Shown here piece after piece: positions 49,675-63,000 of a stretch of DNA of 64,000 bases (position 1 is its first letter; the number at the start of each line of letters is the position of its first letter). The stretch is from Pocillopora damicornis (Eukaryota). The notes beneath the pieces were generated by a model that was given only the letters and a program-made list of their open reading frames with translations, was not told where the DNA came from and did not search any database. The stretch spans positions 124,001-188,000 of the forward strand of contig NW_020844201.1 of assembly GCF_003704095.1 (NCBI RefSeq), in the 5' to 3' direction. A program made the translations under genes and the position numbers.

Positions 49675-52600
49675 TATGAACAATTGAATCACCTTTGCCT
49701 TGATAACGTCAGACTACGCAAACAGAAAGGAACAACCAGTAAAAACGTAGAAGCCTCGTTCCCAGGAAAAAAAAGACGACCCTGCGAGAGAGGTTAGGTA
49801 TAATTTCCATCATGGCGAAGTAAATAATAACCATTAATGATCGAGAAAAACTATTTAGAACTTTTCTCTGAGCCTAGGGTGAATAATTTCACAAGTATGA
49901 TTTTTCAGGTGCAAATTCCCAGAGGCAAGGACTGTATCTAGATTCAATCCTGCGAATATCAAGAAGTTTTCCTCTTAATTTATCAACAGCAATCTTTGAC
50001 TACTTGAGGAGTGCATGGGAGAAACTGTAGGTGTAAATTTTGATGGACGTGAAAGAGATGTTTTGGAACTCTCTTTGCCGTTGATGAGAGGGGCGAGGAC
50101 TTATGATATTTTGGTGCAAATCTATTATTTTTGCGCTCCGTGATGGCATTCATTTTGCGCGTTTCGATGTTATTCGCGGAAACGACTGAGACTGTTGTCG
50201 CTGTCAAGACATGGTTTGTCAGATGAGGAACGAGTCGTGCTCAACTGTTTGAACGAGGTGAAAGATAGACTTCTTCCGTAAATGTTGATATTGGTAACGA
50301 GATGGATGCGAAGAACCAGACAGTATGAAGCAAAAACTCGTGAATCACGAGGGTCGAAATCAGTTAACTCATCTTCGTTATACAATTACTTGATGGCTTC
50401 ACAAGTTAGTGGATTTTTATGAAATGTGCCGGCCATTTTATCCCTCTGAGGCAGGTTGCTTCAGGTAGGAATTGTGTGTTTACTGAATAGGTGGTAACCC
50501 CAAATGAAAAATTTTGGTATGTTGCTAAACGATAAAAAAGGGGAATATATCTAATCTAAAAATATTGTAAGGGTTTCCTATATTGGTGTTGGGAGAATGA
50601 ATGGAAATAATATATTATAGCATAAGCCATTCCGTAAACATTGTAATAAGCCAGTTGATCATTTCTTATTCCTTTTGGCGGTCTTACCTTAAAGATAGAG
50701 TTTGGTCACCTTTTCCTTATTATGATCGTGAATTTGACATGGAGACAGATGTTTTTGCGTAAACTGCAGTTTGCTGCTAGTTACCGTTACCTTTTCATGA
50801 TGTTGCTCAAAGAAATTGATCCGGCACAGGAGTTTCCTGGAAATATCCCCTCTTTATACTTTCATCCATTTCATACTCTCGTTTTTAGGCTAAATCCATA
50901 TCGAATTCCCCATCAGGAAAATAGTTTTCAGTTTTTAATTTAACACGTTCGACACTCTTTTTCTTAGAGGTGATTTAAGGTGTAAACGTGAAATACTTTC
51001 ATCTACCGTACTGAATTTGTAATTAGATAACTTATACGAATAGCACGTAGCTCTCTTGGGGGCGGTACCTCAGGTACGCCCTTTCTTCTCCGAATTTTGT
51101 GTTTACTCTGCTGTTATGCGGCAACCTTCAAGGACAATTTTCTTCTAGGATACCTTTCTAAGTATGATTTTAATTCTGTTAATAATTTTATTATAATTTT
51201 CGTATTGTCAATCTTGGTTATGTTTTGCCTAAACTTGATTGTAAGACCAAGAAATTTAAGTTACAAAGACATTTCGTAAGGCGTAAACATCGCGAAGGTA
51301 ACTACTTAGTATGCGAACTCCGTTCTACGTAGCCCAACGTGATTTGCTATTTAAGTGTAAAAGTATGGCGAAGGTTAGAGATTGATAGCTCTGTAAGTGT
51401 CACCTTTATAAACAGTGACCCTCACTTTCCTCGAGAGGTCAGAGCTAGTCCCCGTTGTGACAACTAGTGTAAAAGGGTAGAGTAAAGAAAAAGTCAACAG
51501 AACGAGTGTGAAAGTAAATTTTACTCTTAACAATGTCGAGAGCCATGAAAAAGCCATGATGGATGATGGTTTCTGAAATGGACTGAATAATAACAATAAG
51601 ATCACTCCAAGTAATGTGCAAAGTCACTGGTGATAATATGAGTTAGATGATAAACATTAAGCTTGTCTTCACAAACAATGGTCAGCTGAAAGGCTTTTGT
51701 CTTTTTCCCGCGAAAATTGGATTTTCGCGCGGTAGGAAAGAAGCAACTCGAGGAGTTTTTTCGGTCATGGCAAATAAATAAGAAAATACTCTCAAAATCT
51801 CTGTGAGTGTTTTTAGAATGTTTCTGTCTTCGAAACAAGATTTTTAGGCTAAAATAGAGAGAAGACTGATAATTTATGTCTCCAACATATTTTTTTTTCA
51901 CCCGGAGTGGTGCGCGACCGCAGGCATTGAATTTTGACGGCGAAAAAAAAAGAACCTTTTGATGAGAACTGTACTCTTGTATTTTAATTTAGTTTATCTC
52001 TCAGGGATATATCAATAGAATGAAAAAAGTTTCGGAAAACATGAAATCCATTTTACTTAATATGCTTTGATCTAAATAGTTCGTATCAAAATATTCGCAT
52101 CGATGAGAAGAGGCGACAGTCACGCATTGTTGTCAGATTTTTTTTCAGTTTTCATATGTTTTGAACAAAAGAGTGTAGTGGCTCACAAAAATACGCTAGT
52201 TATTTCACATGACAAGAAGAAAACAAACTGTTCAAGCCGAGTGTTTTATGAATGAACGACAGCCGAATTCACTAGGACATGAAGATCACTCGGAATGACA
52301 GCGCCGTAAAACTCGGCTGCAGTGACTGACGTGGCCTTCCACTCAACGCATAGGAAAAGTTATCAGAGCAAGCTCTTATTTTTCCATTCGAAGGGTAGTC
52401 GATTTAGTTCCTGGGGTTAGCTCCACTGTGATGACCGAAGATCGCCATGATGAGCTAGCCGCGATAGACCTCAGCATGATCGTAGTCGCTCTGACACCGT
52501 CATGATTAGTATGAATTTCAACAGTTATGCCAAGTTATATTTTTCATCACTCCTTTTTTTTTATGTTTTGTTTTTGAACACGAAACTTTATATACTACAC

Positions 52601-53217
52601 AAGTGCTAGTTGTGTTTGATTTTTATTACCGTACGTAAACTTGCAATCTAACTGGGCGTGAAAACCTTTAAAACTCGGATTGTCCATTTTGTTTCGTCTC
52701 TGCTCACGCCACAGTAACGTAAATTACTGCACCTGGCATTTTTGCAGATCTTTGCTCGCTTGTTCCGAAATTTCACTTTCAATTTACGAAAGAAAAGCTA
52801 GAAAGAAGTGTCGGAAAAGGTCGGACACAGTACAATTTGGCAGATGGCGTGACAGCTTCAGCTCAGTTCTATGCTCTATACACTCATAGAGCACGCTCTT
52901 TTAACCAATGACAGCACGCGTTACATTCGAACTTTATTATAAAGTGCGTTAAATGAGCACATAGCTGTTGATCAATATGAATATGAACATGCAAAAAAGG
53001 TGTGAAATATGTTTAATATGAGATCAATTGGAGGATATCATGATTTATATATTGGATCTGATGTTTTCCTGTTATCAGATGTGTTTGAAAACTTTAGAAA
53101 TACATGTTTGCATTATTACAAGCTAGATCCGTGTCATTATTTTACATCTCCTGGACTGTCAGGGATGCTATGTTGAAGATAACTGACACTGAAATTAATG
53201 ACAGTTATCGATATAAA

Positions 53218-53882
53218 AGCTAAGTTTTTCGTCTCACGATATAGTCACGTGTGATGGGGAGTTCGGTTTCCACTGTTACTGCTAACCTCTACATGGAGAG
53301 TTTCGAAGAACAGCCGATAACTGCATCATCCTACGAGACTAGGATCTGGAAACGCTACGTGGACGATACCTTTACTATCCTGGATCGTGGAAAGGTAGAT
53401 GACCTCTTACAGCATTTAAACAACCAGTAGCCTTCCATCCGCTTCACCATCGAGACAGAAAAAGACAACAAACTCGCTTTCCTAGACACCGTAGTTTTAA
53501 GAGAACCTGACAGCCGCCTCACCACCAGGGTATATACAGAAAGCCCACGCACACCGATCAATACTTACAGTATGATTCACACCACCCTCGATCAGTAAAA
53601 CGCGGTATTGTTAAGTGCCTTTACGAGCGCGCCAAACGTCTCGTTACAAAACCCTCCGTCATCTCCGAGGAGAAAACACATCTGTCATCTGTTCTGGTTT
53701 CTAATGGTTATCCTTTTTCTTTCTTGTAGAAAGTTACAAGACCGGAAAACCAAACAACAGTGCCGAGCCCGCCAACGAGTTTAAAGCTACTGCGGTTTTA
53801 CCTTATGTCAAAGGTCTGTCCGAACAGCTTCGCCGTTGCCTACAACAACAAGGCGTACGCACTGTTTTCAAGTCGGACACTA
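53218..53882 (+). mobile_element. Penelope-like retroelement RT fragment
   Basis: ANLYMESFEE...IWKRYVDDTFTIL...FTIETEKDNKLAFLD...HTDQYLQYDSHHPRSVKRGIVKCL; disrupted by stops and frameshifts. Confidence 0.88.
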
Positions 53883-55150
53883 CAATAAATAATAATAATA
53901 ACCTTTATTTATTACCTTTGGCGATAAGAATTACGGTAATATTACAATAAAAATTCAAAACACTACATATTATATAATAATATACATATCAAATCAAGTT
54001 AAGTTTAGCACCTCTAGGAACAAATGATTGTTTNNNNNNNNNNNNNNNNNNNNNNNNNNNNNNNNNNNNNNNNNNNNNNNNNNNNNNNNNNNNNNNNNNN
54101 NNNNNNNNNNNNNNNNNNNNNNNNNNNNNNNNNNNNNNNNNNNNNNNNNNNNNNNNNNNNNNNNNNNNNNNNNNNNNNNNNNNNNNNNNNNNNNNNNNNN
54201 NNNNNNNNNNNNNNNNNNNNNNNNNNNNNNNNNNNNNNNNNNNNNNNNNNNNNNNNNNNNNNNNNNNNNNNNNNNNNNNNNNNNNNNNNNNNNNNNNNNN
54301 NNNNNNNNNNNNNNNNNNNNNNNNNNNNNNNNNNNNNNNNNNNNNNNNNNNNNNNNNNNNNNNNNNNNNNNNNNNNNNNNNNNNNNNNNNNNNNNNNNNN
54401 NNNNNNNNNNNNNNNNNNNNNNNNNNNNNNNNNNNNNNNNNNNNNNNNNNNNNNNNNNNNNNNNNNNNNNNNNNNNNNNNNNNNNNNNNNNNNNNNNNNN
54501 NNNNNNNNNNNNNNNNNNNNNNNNNNNNNNNNNNNNNNNNNNNNNNNNNNNNNNNNNNNNNNNNNNNNNNNNNNNNNNNNNNNNNNNNNNNNNNNNNNNN
54601 NNNNNNNNNNNNNNNNNNNNNNNNNNNNNNNNNNNNNNNNNNNNNNNNNNCGGTAGGCCCGATATTAATAGGAGCAGGAATTGGACAGGACTTTTTGGAA
54701 GGTGATCCATATATCTTTGGTCTTTTTAGCATTCAGCTCCATTTTATTCTGCACAGCCCATCTTTCCGAGTGAGTCACAGCATCCTGCATTTGACTGAGA
54801 GATTCCTTAAAAACAAGTTCGTATAGGGTGCAGTCATCAGCGTACTTGCAAGTGGATACAGGTATTCCCCTGGGGATGCAGTCCTCAATATCGTTGACAT
54901 GCACATTAAAAAGTGTAGGAGAAATGACATCGCCCTGGGGTACACCAGCAATCACCTCACCATGTCTGGAGAGGACTCACGGGAGCTTAACCTGCTGTGT
55001 TCTGCCTGATAGGTAGCTCTGTGTCCATTTCCAAAAGCTCATGGTGATGCCCATGCCAGCGAGTTTAGTCAACAGAACGCCATGAGCCACCAGATCGAAA
55101 GCTTTTCGGAAGTCTACAAAGACCACATGCACGCCATTATATAGACTTCC
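53883..55150 (-). mobile_element. Non-LTR LINE (CR1/L2-like) with gap and (TTA)n-like 3' tail
   Basis: VHVVFVDFRKAFDLV...AGVPQGDVISPTLFNVHVNDI...KYADDCTLY; AATAAATAATAATAATAA tail at ~53885-53901. Confidence 0.88.
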
Positions 55151-56249
55151 AGAANNNNNNNNNNNNNNNNNNNNNNNNNNNNNNNNNNNNNNNNNNNNNN
55201 NNNNNNNNNNNNNNNNNNNNNNNNNNNNNNNNNNNNNNNNNNNNNNNNNNNNNNGACATGACAGGCATTAGTTATTAAGAACTTAGGTACCTCGGAGGTA
55301 ATCCTAGTCCCTGTAGGGATGTTTATTCATTTCGTCGCTAAATGCCCAGCTCCATATTTGGCTGATTGTACGCGCTGATGGGTAGTGATGAACGTGTTAA
55401 TACGTTGCGAAGATAACATGGCAGCTCTTTGTTTTACTCTGGCCCCGGCTCGAACTCCTCTCGTAGCCCTAAGGATATTGATGGAAGTCAAAGTGTTGTA
55501 TAGAGTCGATTCAATACGAGGGCGCCCATTGGGTCTTAGCGACATGAGGAAAACAGACGAATAAATTCGCTTTAATTTTTTTCTTAAATACAAGAAAGTT
55601 AGTGAGAAGAGTTTGATTCTCGTAGTTGATCTTGAATACCCCAAAGAATTACATAATTTGCATAATGATTACCGATTAGCTGCTGAAAAGATTACTGTCA
55701 GTAATGAAATGCTATTAAAATATTGTCAAGAAATTAAAGAAAATGAAGTGTAATATCAGCATTGAACAGGTTAAAAACTTATTCCAACATTATCTGAAAA
55801 ACAAAAATATGAGCTTTACCATAGCAACCTGCAACTGAATCTAAATCTTGGTCATAAAATAAAGATCCATAAAGTGTTGAAATTTAATCAATCTCCATTG
55901 TTAAAGCAACATATTGACTTTAATACAAAAAAGAGAACACTAGCTAGAAACTCATTTGAAGAGTATTTTTTTAAATTTATGAATAATAGTGTATTTGGCT
56001 ACACCATGAAGAATACCAGAAAGTGTGTAGATATTGAATTGATAACAGATGCTAACAATCTTGTGAAATATACAACAAAACCAACTTTTGTAGGCAGTAA
56101 AATATTCAACAACAATCTGGTTGCAGTTAGTAAGATTAAAGAAACACTAACTCTCAAAAGGTCAGCATATGGTAAGATGTGTATTCCGGATCTTAGCAAG
56201 ACATTGATGTGTGATTCTCACTGCAACTATGGCAAGGATAAGTGAAACC

Positions 56250-58300
56250 TAGCCTATCCTCCATTTCATGTGAGAGGAATGAAAATTCCTCCACAGGCAA
56301 GCAGAGTCCCTCAAAATCTACAAGAACTGTTGAGAATCTTCTATCCATGAATATTTGGGCACAATTTTATTATCCTCCAGTTGTTGCTCTGTTGTAAGAG
56401 AAGCTACAACAGCTACTGTGAACTCCACATATCTCATCATTTTAGAACTCGGATCAGAAGTCACTGACTCTTTGATCACCTTCTTTATGATCCATCCATA
56501 TCCAGCTGTGATTCAGTTTTACTTGTGGCATCGGTTACTGTTTTCATGAGTTTCTTATCAGACATTTATTAGTTAAGACGGTAATTTTCGATCCATTGGT
56601 CTTACTCCTGTTGTCGGTCTTCGACTGACGGGAACATTGGGAAGCTCTTCAGCGCTTCCAGTGCGCCAAAGATGCACCCGATCAGTCTCAGAGTTACTAC
56701 AAAGCGTTTTGGTGTTTATTGGAGGTTTTTTTTAAAGAGAGCCATCAGCTCTCTTCTTCCGAGATATAGTCCAACCTTGAGTGAATATGAACGATGTCTC
56801 GATTTCTTCTCAGTGAGCCACTCACGTTGATCAGACACTAAACTGTCACCTGAGTTTACATCTGAGCTCTACTTCTCTTCCTCTCCCACTCTTTTGTTAT
56901 ATCCTTCACGTTTTTGCCAGCTTGAACCCTTCCGGGGTCTTTCTTTGGTTTTGCTCCATTCCTATCTGCTGAGGTCACCTGTTGAGCACCAGAGGCATTG
57001 ATGCTTATTCGGTCGTGAGCTCTTCATTATTCATTTTAAACTTTGATGGATAATTTTTAAGTTTTGAAAAAAGTTTTTACACAAGTTTTTAGTAAAGTTA
57101 TGATTCAAGTTCTTATCAAGTTCTTATTCAAGGACTTGTCAAACTCTCATCAAGTTCTCCTTTCTCTTCAGGAGGAGGATGTGTCTGATCATATCTAACA
57201 TTCTTGAAAGTGTGAAGAGCAGCATAAATTAAAAGATTAATTTATTTCCTCAGCTAATGCTTTTCTTGGAAACGTATCGCTCTAAGAATCTTTTTTGACC
57301 CTTAGACCAAGATCGAGATCTCGTTTGAGGTTTTTGTGGTGAACTACCTAAATGTCCTTGTGATCCTTCAAGGATCTTTATCAACCATTCTAAGTACTCT
57401 TGTGATGCAACACTTGACTCGCTCATCATCATCTTTATTTCTCAGGTACATTATCGCCCTCTTAGTTTATACTCTGTGAAACATGTATAAAGTGACATTA
57501 CTCTCTAGAAACCACCAATTACTTCTATTTTTGTTGAAGTCCTGAATCAGCTCTCTAAGCGTCTCCTAGAGGATGTTAAGGACTCCTCTTTCATCATTCG
57601 CCTAAATTTTATCAAATAATTTGATGTGGACATGTGAAAACTAAACTTGACTGATGCATCCTCGTTTTTTCTCACCATCTTACAAGAGAGAAACATCTTA
57701 GCCTTAGTCTGACGATTTTTTTCTCAGGAGTCGCGAGAATTCACGTTTAGCTTTTTCCATGGACTCTTAGAGACCTTATCTTTAAAACTACTTCGCACCC
57801 TAAGCGCCAGCTGATTCGAGAGCCATAATTTGAGGACGTTTTCACATAAAAACCTCTCACTTCATTTATTCCGTTTACAAGTGAATCTTTTTGTTACATT
57901 TACAGAGTACTGCGTTTCTTCTTCTTGTTATTTTTCAGGTTTTGGTTAAACACCTTAAGCTTCTTAATGAATCATTCAATCTTTCCCTTTCTCTCTTCAA
58001 GAAAGTGTTGGTTTCGTTCTCAGCAATGGGATTGGTTTTTCCAAAAGATCAATCAATTAAGCCTTTCATTGTTTTGAGTAAATTCTCTGTCCACGACATT
58101 TTGCTCCCGCTATCAATTGAACTATTGTCACCCTCTCCATTTTATTTAACGAAAAAGATAAACTTTTCTCAAGTGAGGAAAGCTTCATCATCTTTCAAAT
58201 TTATAATCATTTTCATTGAAAGTGTTTTATAATCATTTTCATCGACAGTGTTTTTGCCATCTTTAATCGTCTTGGCAAGTTTGCTACCATTAACACGCAC
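56250..58300 (-). pseudogene. Further degenerate Polinton-like ORF remnants (small membrane-type ORF and pPolB N-terminal region)
   Basis: GYGWIIKKVIKESVTSDPSSKMMRYVEFT...LEDNKIVP (~56355-56505); LLRKNRQTKAKMFLSC and RSNWWF...YKLRG (~57460-57730) resemble the pPolB N-terminal GSxWxF...YxPLRG region. Confidence 0.5.
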
Positions 58301-59039
58301 AAAATGGATAACTTATTCACGTGCCTTGAACTCAAGTCTTAGCACCACTGATTAATGTGTATGGCTTTGGTTTGGATTTTTCATCCACGTTCTCCAGCTG
58401 AAGTGCTTCACTCGATTTTCATAGTAGAGCTGAACGAGGAGGATATTCCTGGAGCAAAATAATCAAAATCGGCCGAAAGCTAAGGGTTGTTCCTACCTTT
58501 GAAATAACTACAGACCTAACAGATTGATTTGTGCGTAAAGAATGCTAAAGGTTTGTAAAGGACAGTGAGCAAAGATGCCTAAAGAATATTAAAGACGGGT
58601 AAAGCGTTAAAAGCGAAACTGGTAAAAATACCTCGGTAATTTTACTGAAGATGGATGAACCATAATTTTTTCACTTCTTTGAGTATTTCTCTAAATAGAA
58701 AGTGGTTAATTATGTCCATCTTGATCCTTATCTTTTACGAACATTCTATATCCTTTAAGTAGTCTTTACACTTTTTCTGCATTTACGCATCTTTACGGAA
58801 AGTAGAAATTGTCTGTAAAGAGGCTTTTTTGCTTTTTTGTTGCTAAATGACGCTACTTTATCGCTGTAAAAAATGGTCTTTCGCCTGTCTGCAGCTGATC
58901 GCATTTATCTATCCCACCAGAAGCAACGTGTTTTGCGCTTTTGAAGCGTTGTCGCACTGAAAAAAGGTTTTCTGTTTGTTTGTCTCTAAATCTTGTAAAG
59001 ATTCTACAATGAAACCATTTAAGCTTGTTATGCACTGTG

Positions 59040-60086
59040 TCCTGTTGAACCATTTAAGCTAGTTTGACCATTTGAACGACTTCAACCAATTAAGATAAAA
59101 CGTGAAATTTGTGCATTTAACTGTCTCCGCTGGTTTGACTATCAAACTGGTTGAACTTATTAAACTGTTTTGATCGTTTAAAGTGCTAGAACCAATTCAG
59201 CTGGATTGTGTAGTTTGTGCAGTTAACAATTGAAGGTAATTTGACCATTTGGACTACTTCACACAATTAAGAAATTGTGCTGTTTGTTCCGTTCAACGAT
59301 TTTTCGGACAAAATGCCTAACTACCCTTAATATAGCGCAACTGCACAATGTGCGCAATGTGGTTTAATTGATTCAGGTAGTTAACATAATCAAACTAGTT
59401 TAATTGGTTCAACTGGTAAAAGTGGTCAAACTAGGGAAAACGGTTAACCATCAAGAATTGCAAAATCTATCTTAGTTGGTTAAATTAGTTCAAATGGTCA
59501 AACTAGATAAAATAGATAAAATGGTTCGACTGCACAAAATACGTACCTAGCATAAATACCTCAACTACGAAAACTTCGCAATCTAGTTTAATTACTGCAA
59601 GCAATTAAAATGGTCCAAACAAGCATCAATTAATCAACTGCACAAATAGTCAAACTGGTCAAATAGTCAAACTAAGGAAAACAGTTAAATCTAACTTAAT
59701 TGGGTTAAGTTCTTCAAATGACCAAACTAGCTTTCATGCTTCATCCGCACAAAGTCCATGACCAGCTTAATCAGTTTAACTGGTAAAACAATTAATCAAG
59801 GAAAAACTTTTTAACTGCACAAACTGCACGATCTATCTTAATTGGTTGAAGTAGTTAAAATGGTTAACTTGGCTTGAATAGTTCAACTGCAAAAAATGCA
59901 CAAGTAGCTTAAAAGGCTCAACAGCACAAACCGCACAATCCAGCTTAACAGGTTGACGTGGTCAAGATTGTCAAACCGGTTTAGTTGGTTCAAATGGTTG
60001 AATAGACAAACTAGGGAAAATCTTAACCTGCAGCAATTGCATAATCCATCTTTATTGGTTGGAGTAGTTGAAATGGTCAAGCTATC
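59040..60086. repeat. Degenerate satellite-like array arranged as an inverted block
   Basis: Unit ATCTTAATTGGTTGAAGTAGTTCAAATGGTCAAACTAG on + at ~59467, 59690, 59833 and 60047, and on - at ~59055-59100 and 59240-59272. Confidence 0.8.
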
Positions 60087-60090
60087 TTAA

Positions 60091-63000
60091 GAGCGCTTGT
60101 CTGTAAAAATCAGACATATTATAAATTTCGCGGCTAGGGTGAAAAATTCGAGTTCTTTCTTATTTTGATATTAGATAGGCTAGACTATAAATAAAATCAC
60201 TGGATACTTTTTTGGGCCTAATATCTCTTATTTCAGAGAAAAGTACAAATAAAATTCCGTTAAAACTCCCACTTTTAGCACCAAATTATTGCACAAGTTT
60301 GAGGGCTTCGTATTTAAAAACGAATCACTATCTCGTTTTTTTAACACTTAAATCTTCTTTTTAACCTCATAAGACCTCACAAAACGATTTTTGTAAACAC
60401 TGCGTTCCTTTTTGCGTGTAAAATAATTTAATTTCGAAAGCATACATTTCTCTTCAGTAAAATTACTTTGTGAGTAAAGTTAATTTTCAGCATGTGCTGA
60501 ACCTTCAAATGGATTAAGCTTTTGGCGGTAGAATTAAGAAAAGATGTTCTCAATATTACTGTAAAAATTTCTTTGTGCAAATGATTGAGAGCGATACAAA
60601 AGCTTTTCAAAGTCCGTTAAAACGTAGTTATTTAACCTTTCGCAGTCAACATTCCAGTCGCGAGTCACACTTATATTTTAATATGTTTCAACCCATATGA
60701 GGCCGGAAAATGTACATGGGTACATATTTCCGAATGGTCTAACCTTATTTGCCGTAGAAGAAAGATCCAAAGACTATTTTACTGTGGTTGTCTTGTCGCT
60801 CATCATATTTATAACGTCCGATGAAACTGCCTGTCAATCTGCGAACGGTCACCAACCTTCGTTGTAAAACGTTTGACATCCTTCTGCACTGTGGCATCTT
60901 ATCCAGCGGTTCAGTTGACTGTGAGTGTTGTTCGGTTTCTGGTGCTGTAGATCTGATCGATGCTTTTAAAAGTGGCACTACACATATGTTACAGTCAACG
61001 TAGTGTTGTATACGGAGAGTCGTCAGGCAGTGCAAATCATACAATGGAAAGTTATTTTTTAGGGGGTAGGGGAAGGGGAAAGCAAAAAGACGTCACTCTG
61101 CTACTCAGCTTTGTTGTTGTTGTGAACATCGAAATCTCTTACATGTAAGTCGCGGAGACGGGGCCTTTGGCTAGTACTCATTAAAAAGCTAAATTTAGTG
61201 CCTGCTAAAAATAGCAGGCCTAAGTAAATAAAACCTGGTTTATGGTAATTACACGATGCCTATTGTCTGCTTAGAGGCGGGGCTTCGAACTTTGTTTTTC
61301 ACAAATACACCAACTTACACTGCCAATTTTGTTACATAAAAAATGGAAGGTTGTTGTTTGTGCAAGTCGCTTATTGGCGGAGTTTGTGGTTACAACACTA
61401 GAGATCGAAAGCGTGAAACGGAAGTTGTTCCTTTACTTTCATGCTCTAAGAATATCGCAAGTCATAGGTCGGCTTTCAAATTTACTGGTCCTAAAGATGA
61501 GATCGACCCTATTTTGTGCGTAGCGTCAATGTTTACTAAAAACACACGCTCGAGTACAATGACGATATGTCCCAACCATCGCGCAAAACTTGGATTGGGG
61601 TGGACCAGAGGATCCAGCACAAGGTGCAGGGTTCCGGAAAGAATTTCCAACCATAATAAAGGGAAAGGAGTGTGGCCAAAAGGTGAAAGAGGACTGGGTA
61701 AAAGGGGATCTGAGGCGATCTTACGCAAGACTGGTTCGTTTGTACAAGTTGGATCCGGGTTAGGGTTAGGAAGTATTGTTTTATTTATTTATTCATTTAT
61801 TATTTTTTTTTTTTATTATTTATTACTGTCAAAAGATTGATCCCTAATCTGTCCAGATATGGATACAACATTGCGTGGCACCATGTGTTACTACATGGTA
61901 GAGGCTCAACTGTTCCTTTAAGTAACAACACAAGAATGAAAGTCTCACCACTGAAGCTTGACCACTTCTCAACATTTATTACCAGTGCGTATGTAACGCA
62001 AGATTTGCCATTCGGCGAGAAAAGCTTGAAGTTATCCTCAAACACCGAGACAAAGATCCCAGGACCATGATCCCAGAGCAGATTGTCCAACAGTACCAGA
62101 GTTACTGTTATGAGACTAGGTTTGTTTCAATGAGCCACAATACACTGTGTGGGATTCTTAAAGTTTGTTCGGCCTCTGTGCGCGTCTTTGCCAGGACTCA
62201 ATTACGCGTCAGCAGAGGGAGCAAAGGCCTTTGACGAGTTGGCAGATGTCATCGACAAACTGGGGGACAACCACAGCAAAGGGCTCTCCTGGGCAAAAGA
62301 CCAAAATGAGAAACTGAAGCTGGCAAAACGCTATTTTGAGCGTGACTTTAAGCTAGGTGTACGTAAGTTTAAAACAGAATAAAAGTTCTTTTGTCAGCTT
62401 ATTATTAGATTTCGATGAAATCAGATATAACTGAATTGAAAAAATGACTTATTGCGCTGTTATGTATCAAAAGTACGTGTGCATAAATCCTAGCTGGAAA
62501 ATTTCTTAGAATAAATTGTGCTATTACTTTTCAGTTGCAGGTGCATGTATTACCAAGTTGCAGACCATTGTCGGGCCTTCGCCCTTAGCTATCAGGGAGA
62601 CACGGATTATGTTAGCGCCTGTAGTCATGATCACGACCTTACATGTGATCGATGCGACTTATTAACAAATGTTGTCTGCGCAATTGAGTTAGCTCTGGAA
62701 AATGTTGAAATTTCAAGTGACGAGAAAGGTGAGATGAAATGTTTTATATTCTCTGGCTAAGAAAAGAATTGAACCATGGAAAGCTCACTTGCTCCGATCG
62801 ATCAATCAAGATGAGGCGAGACTGGATGCCATCAACAATTTGGACGCTCATTCTGTACTTTAAGTCATGGATTGGGCTATGAAATACCTCCGAAGTAAAT
62901 ATCGCGAGAGTCAAGCTGATTGGTTTGGAAAGAGAGGAATTTCGTGGCATATAGCCACTGCTATGAGAAAGTCCGAAGGTCAACTATAAATGATGACGTT

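Larger units (their letters stand above)
52946..56245 (+). pseudogene. Polinton/Maverick (adintovirus-like) protein-primed DNA polymerase B remnant, split by insertions
   Basis: ~53053-53185 SDVFLLSDVFENFRNTCLHYYKLDPCHYFTSPGLS-DAMLKIT; ~55600 VDLEYPKELHNLHNDY; 55874-56245 FFKFMNNSVFGYTMKN (PolB KxxxNSxFG). Confidence 0.88.
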
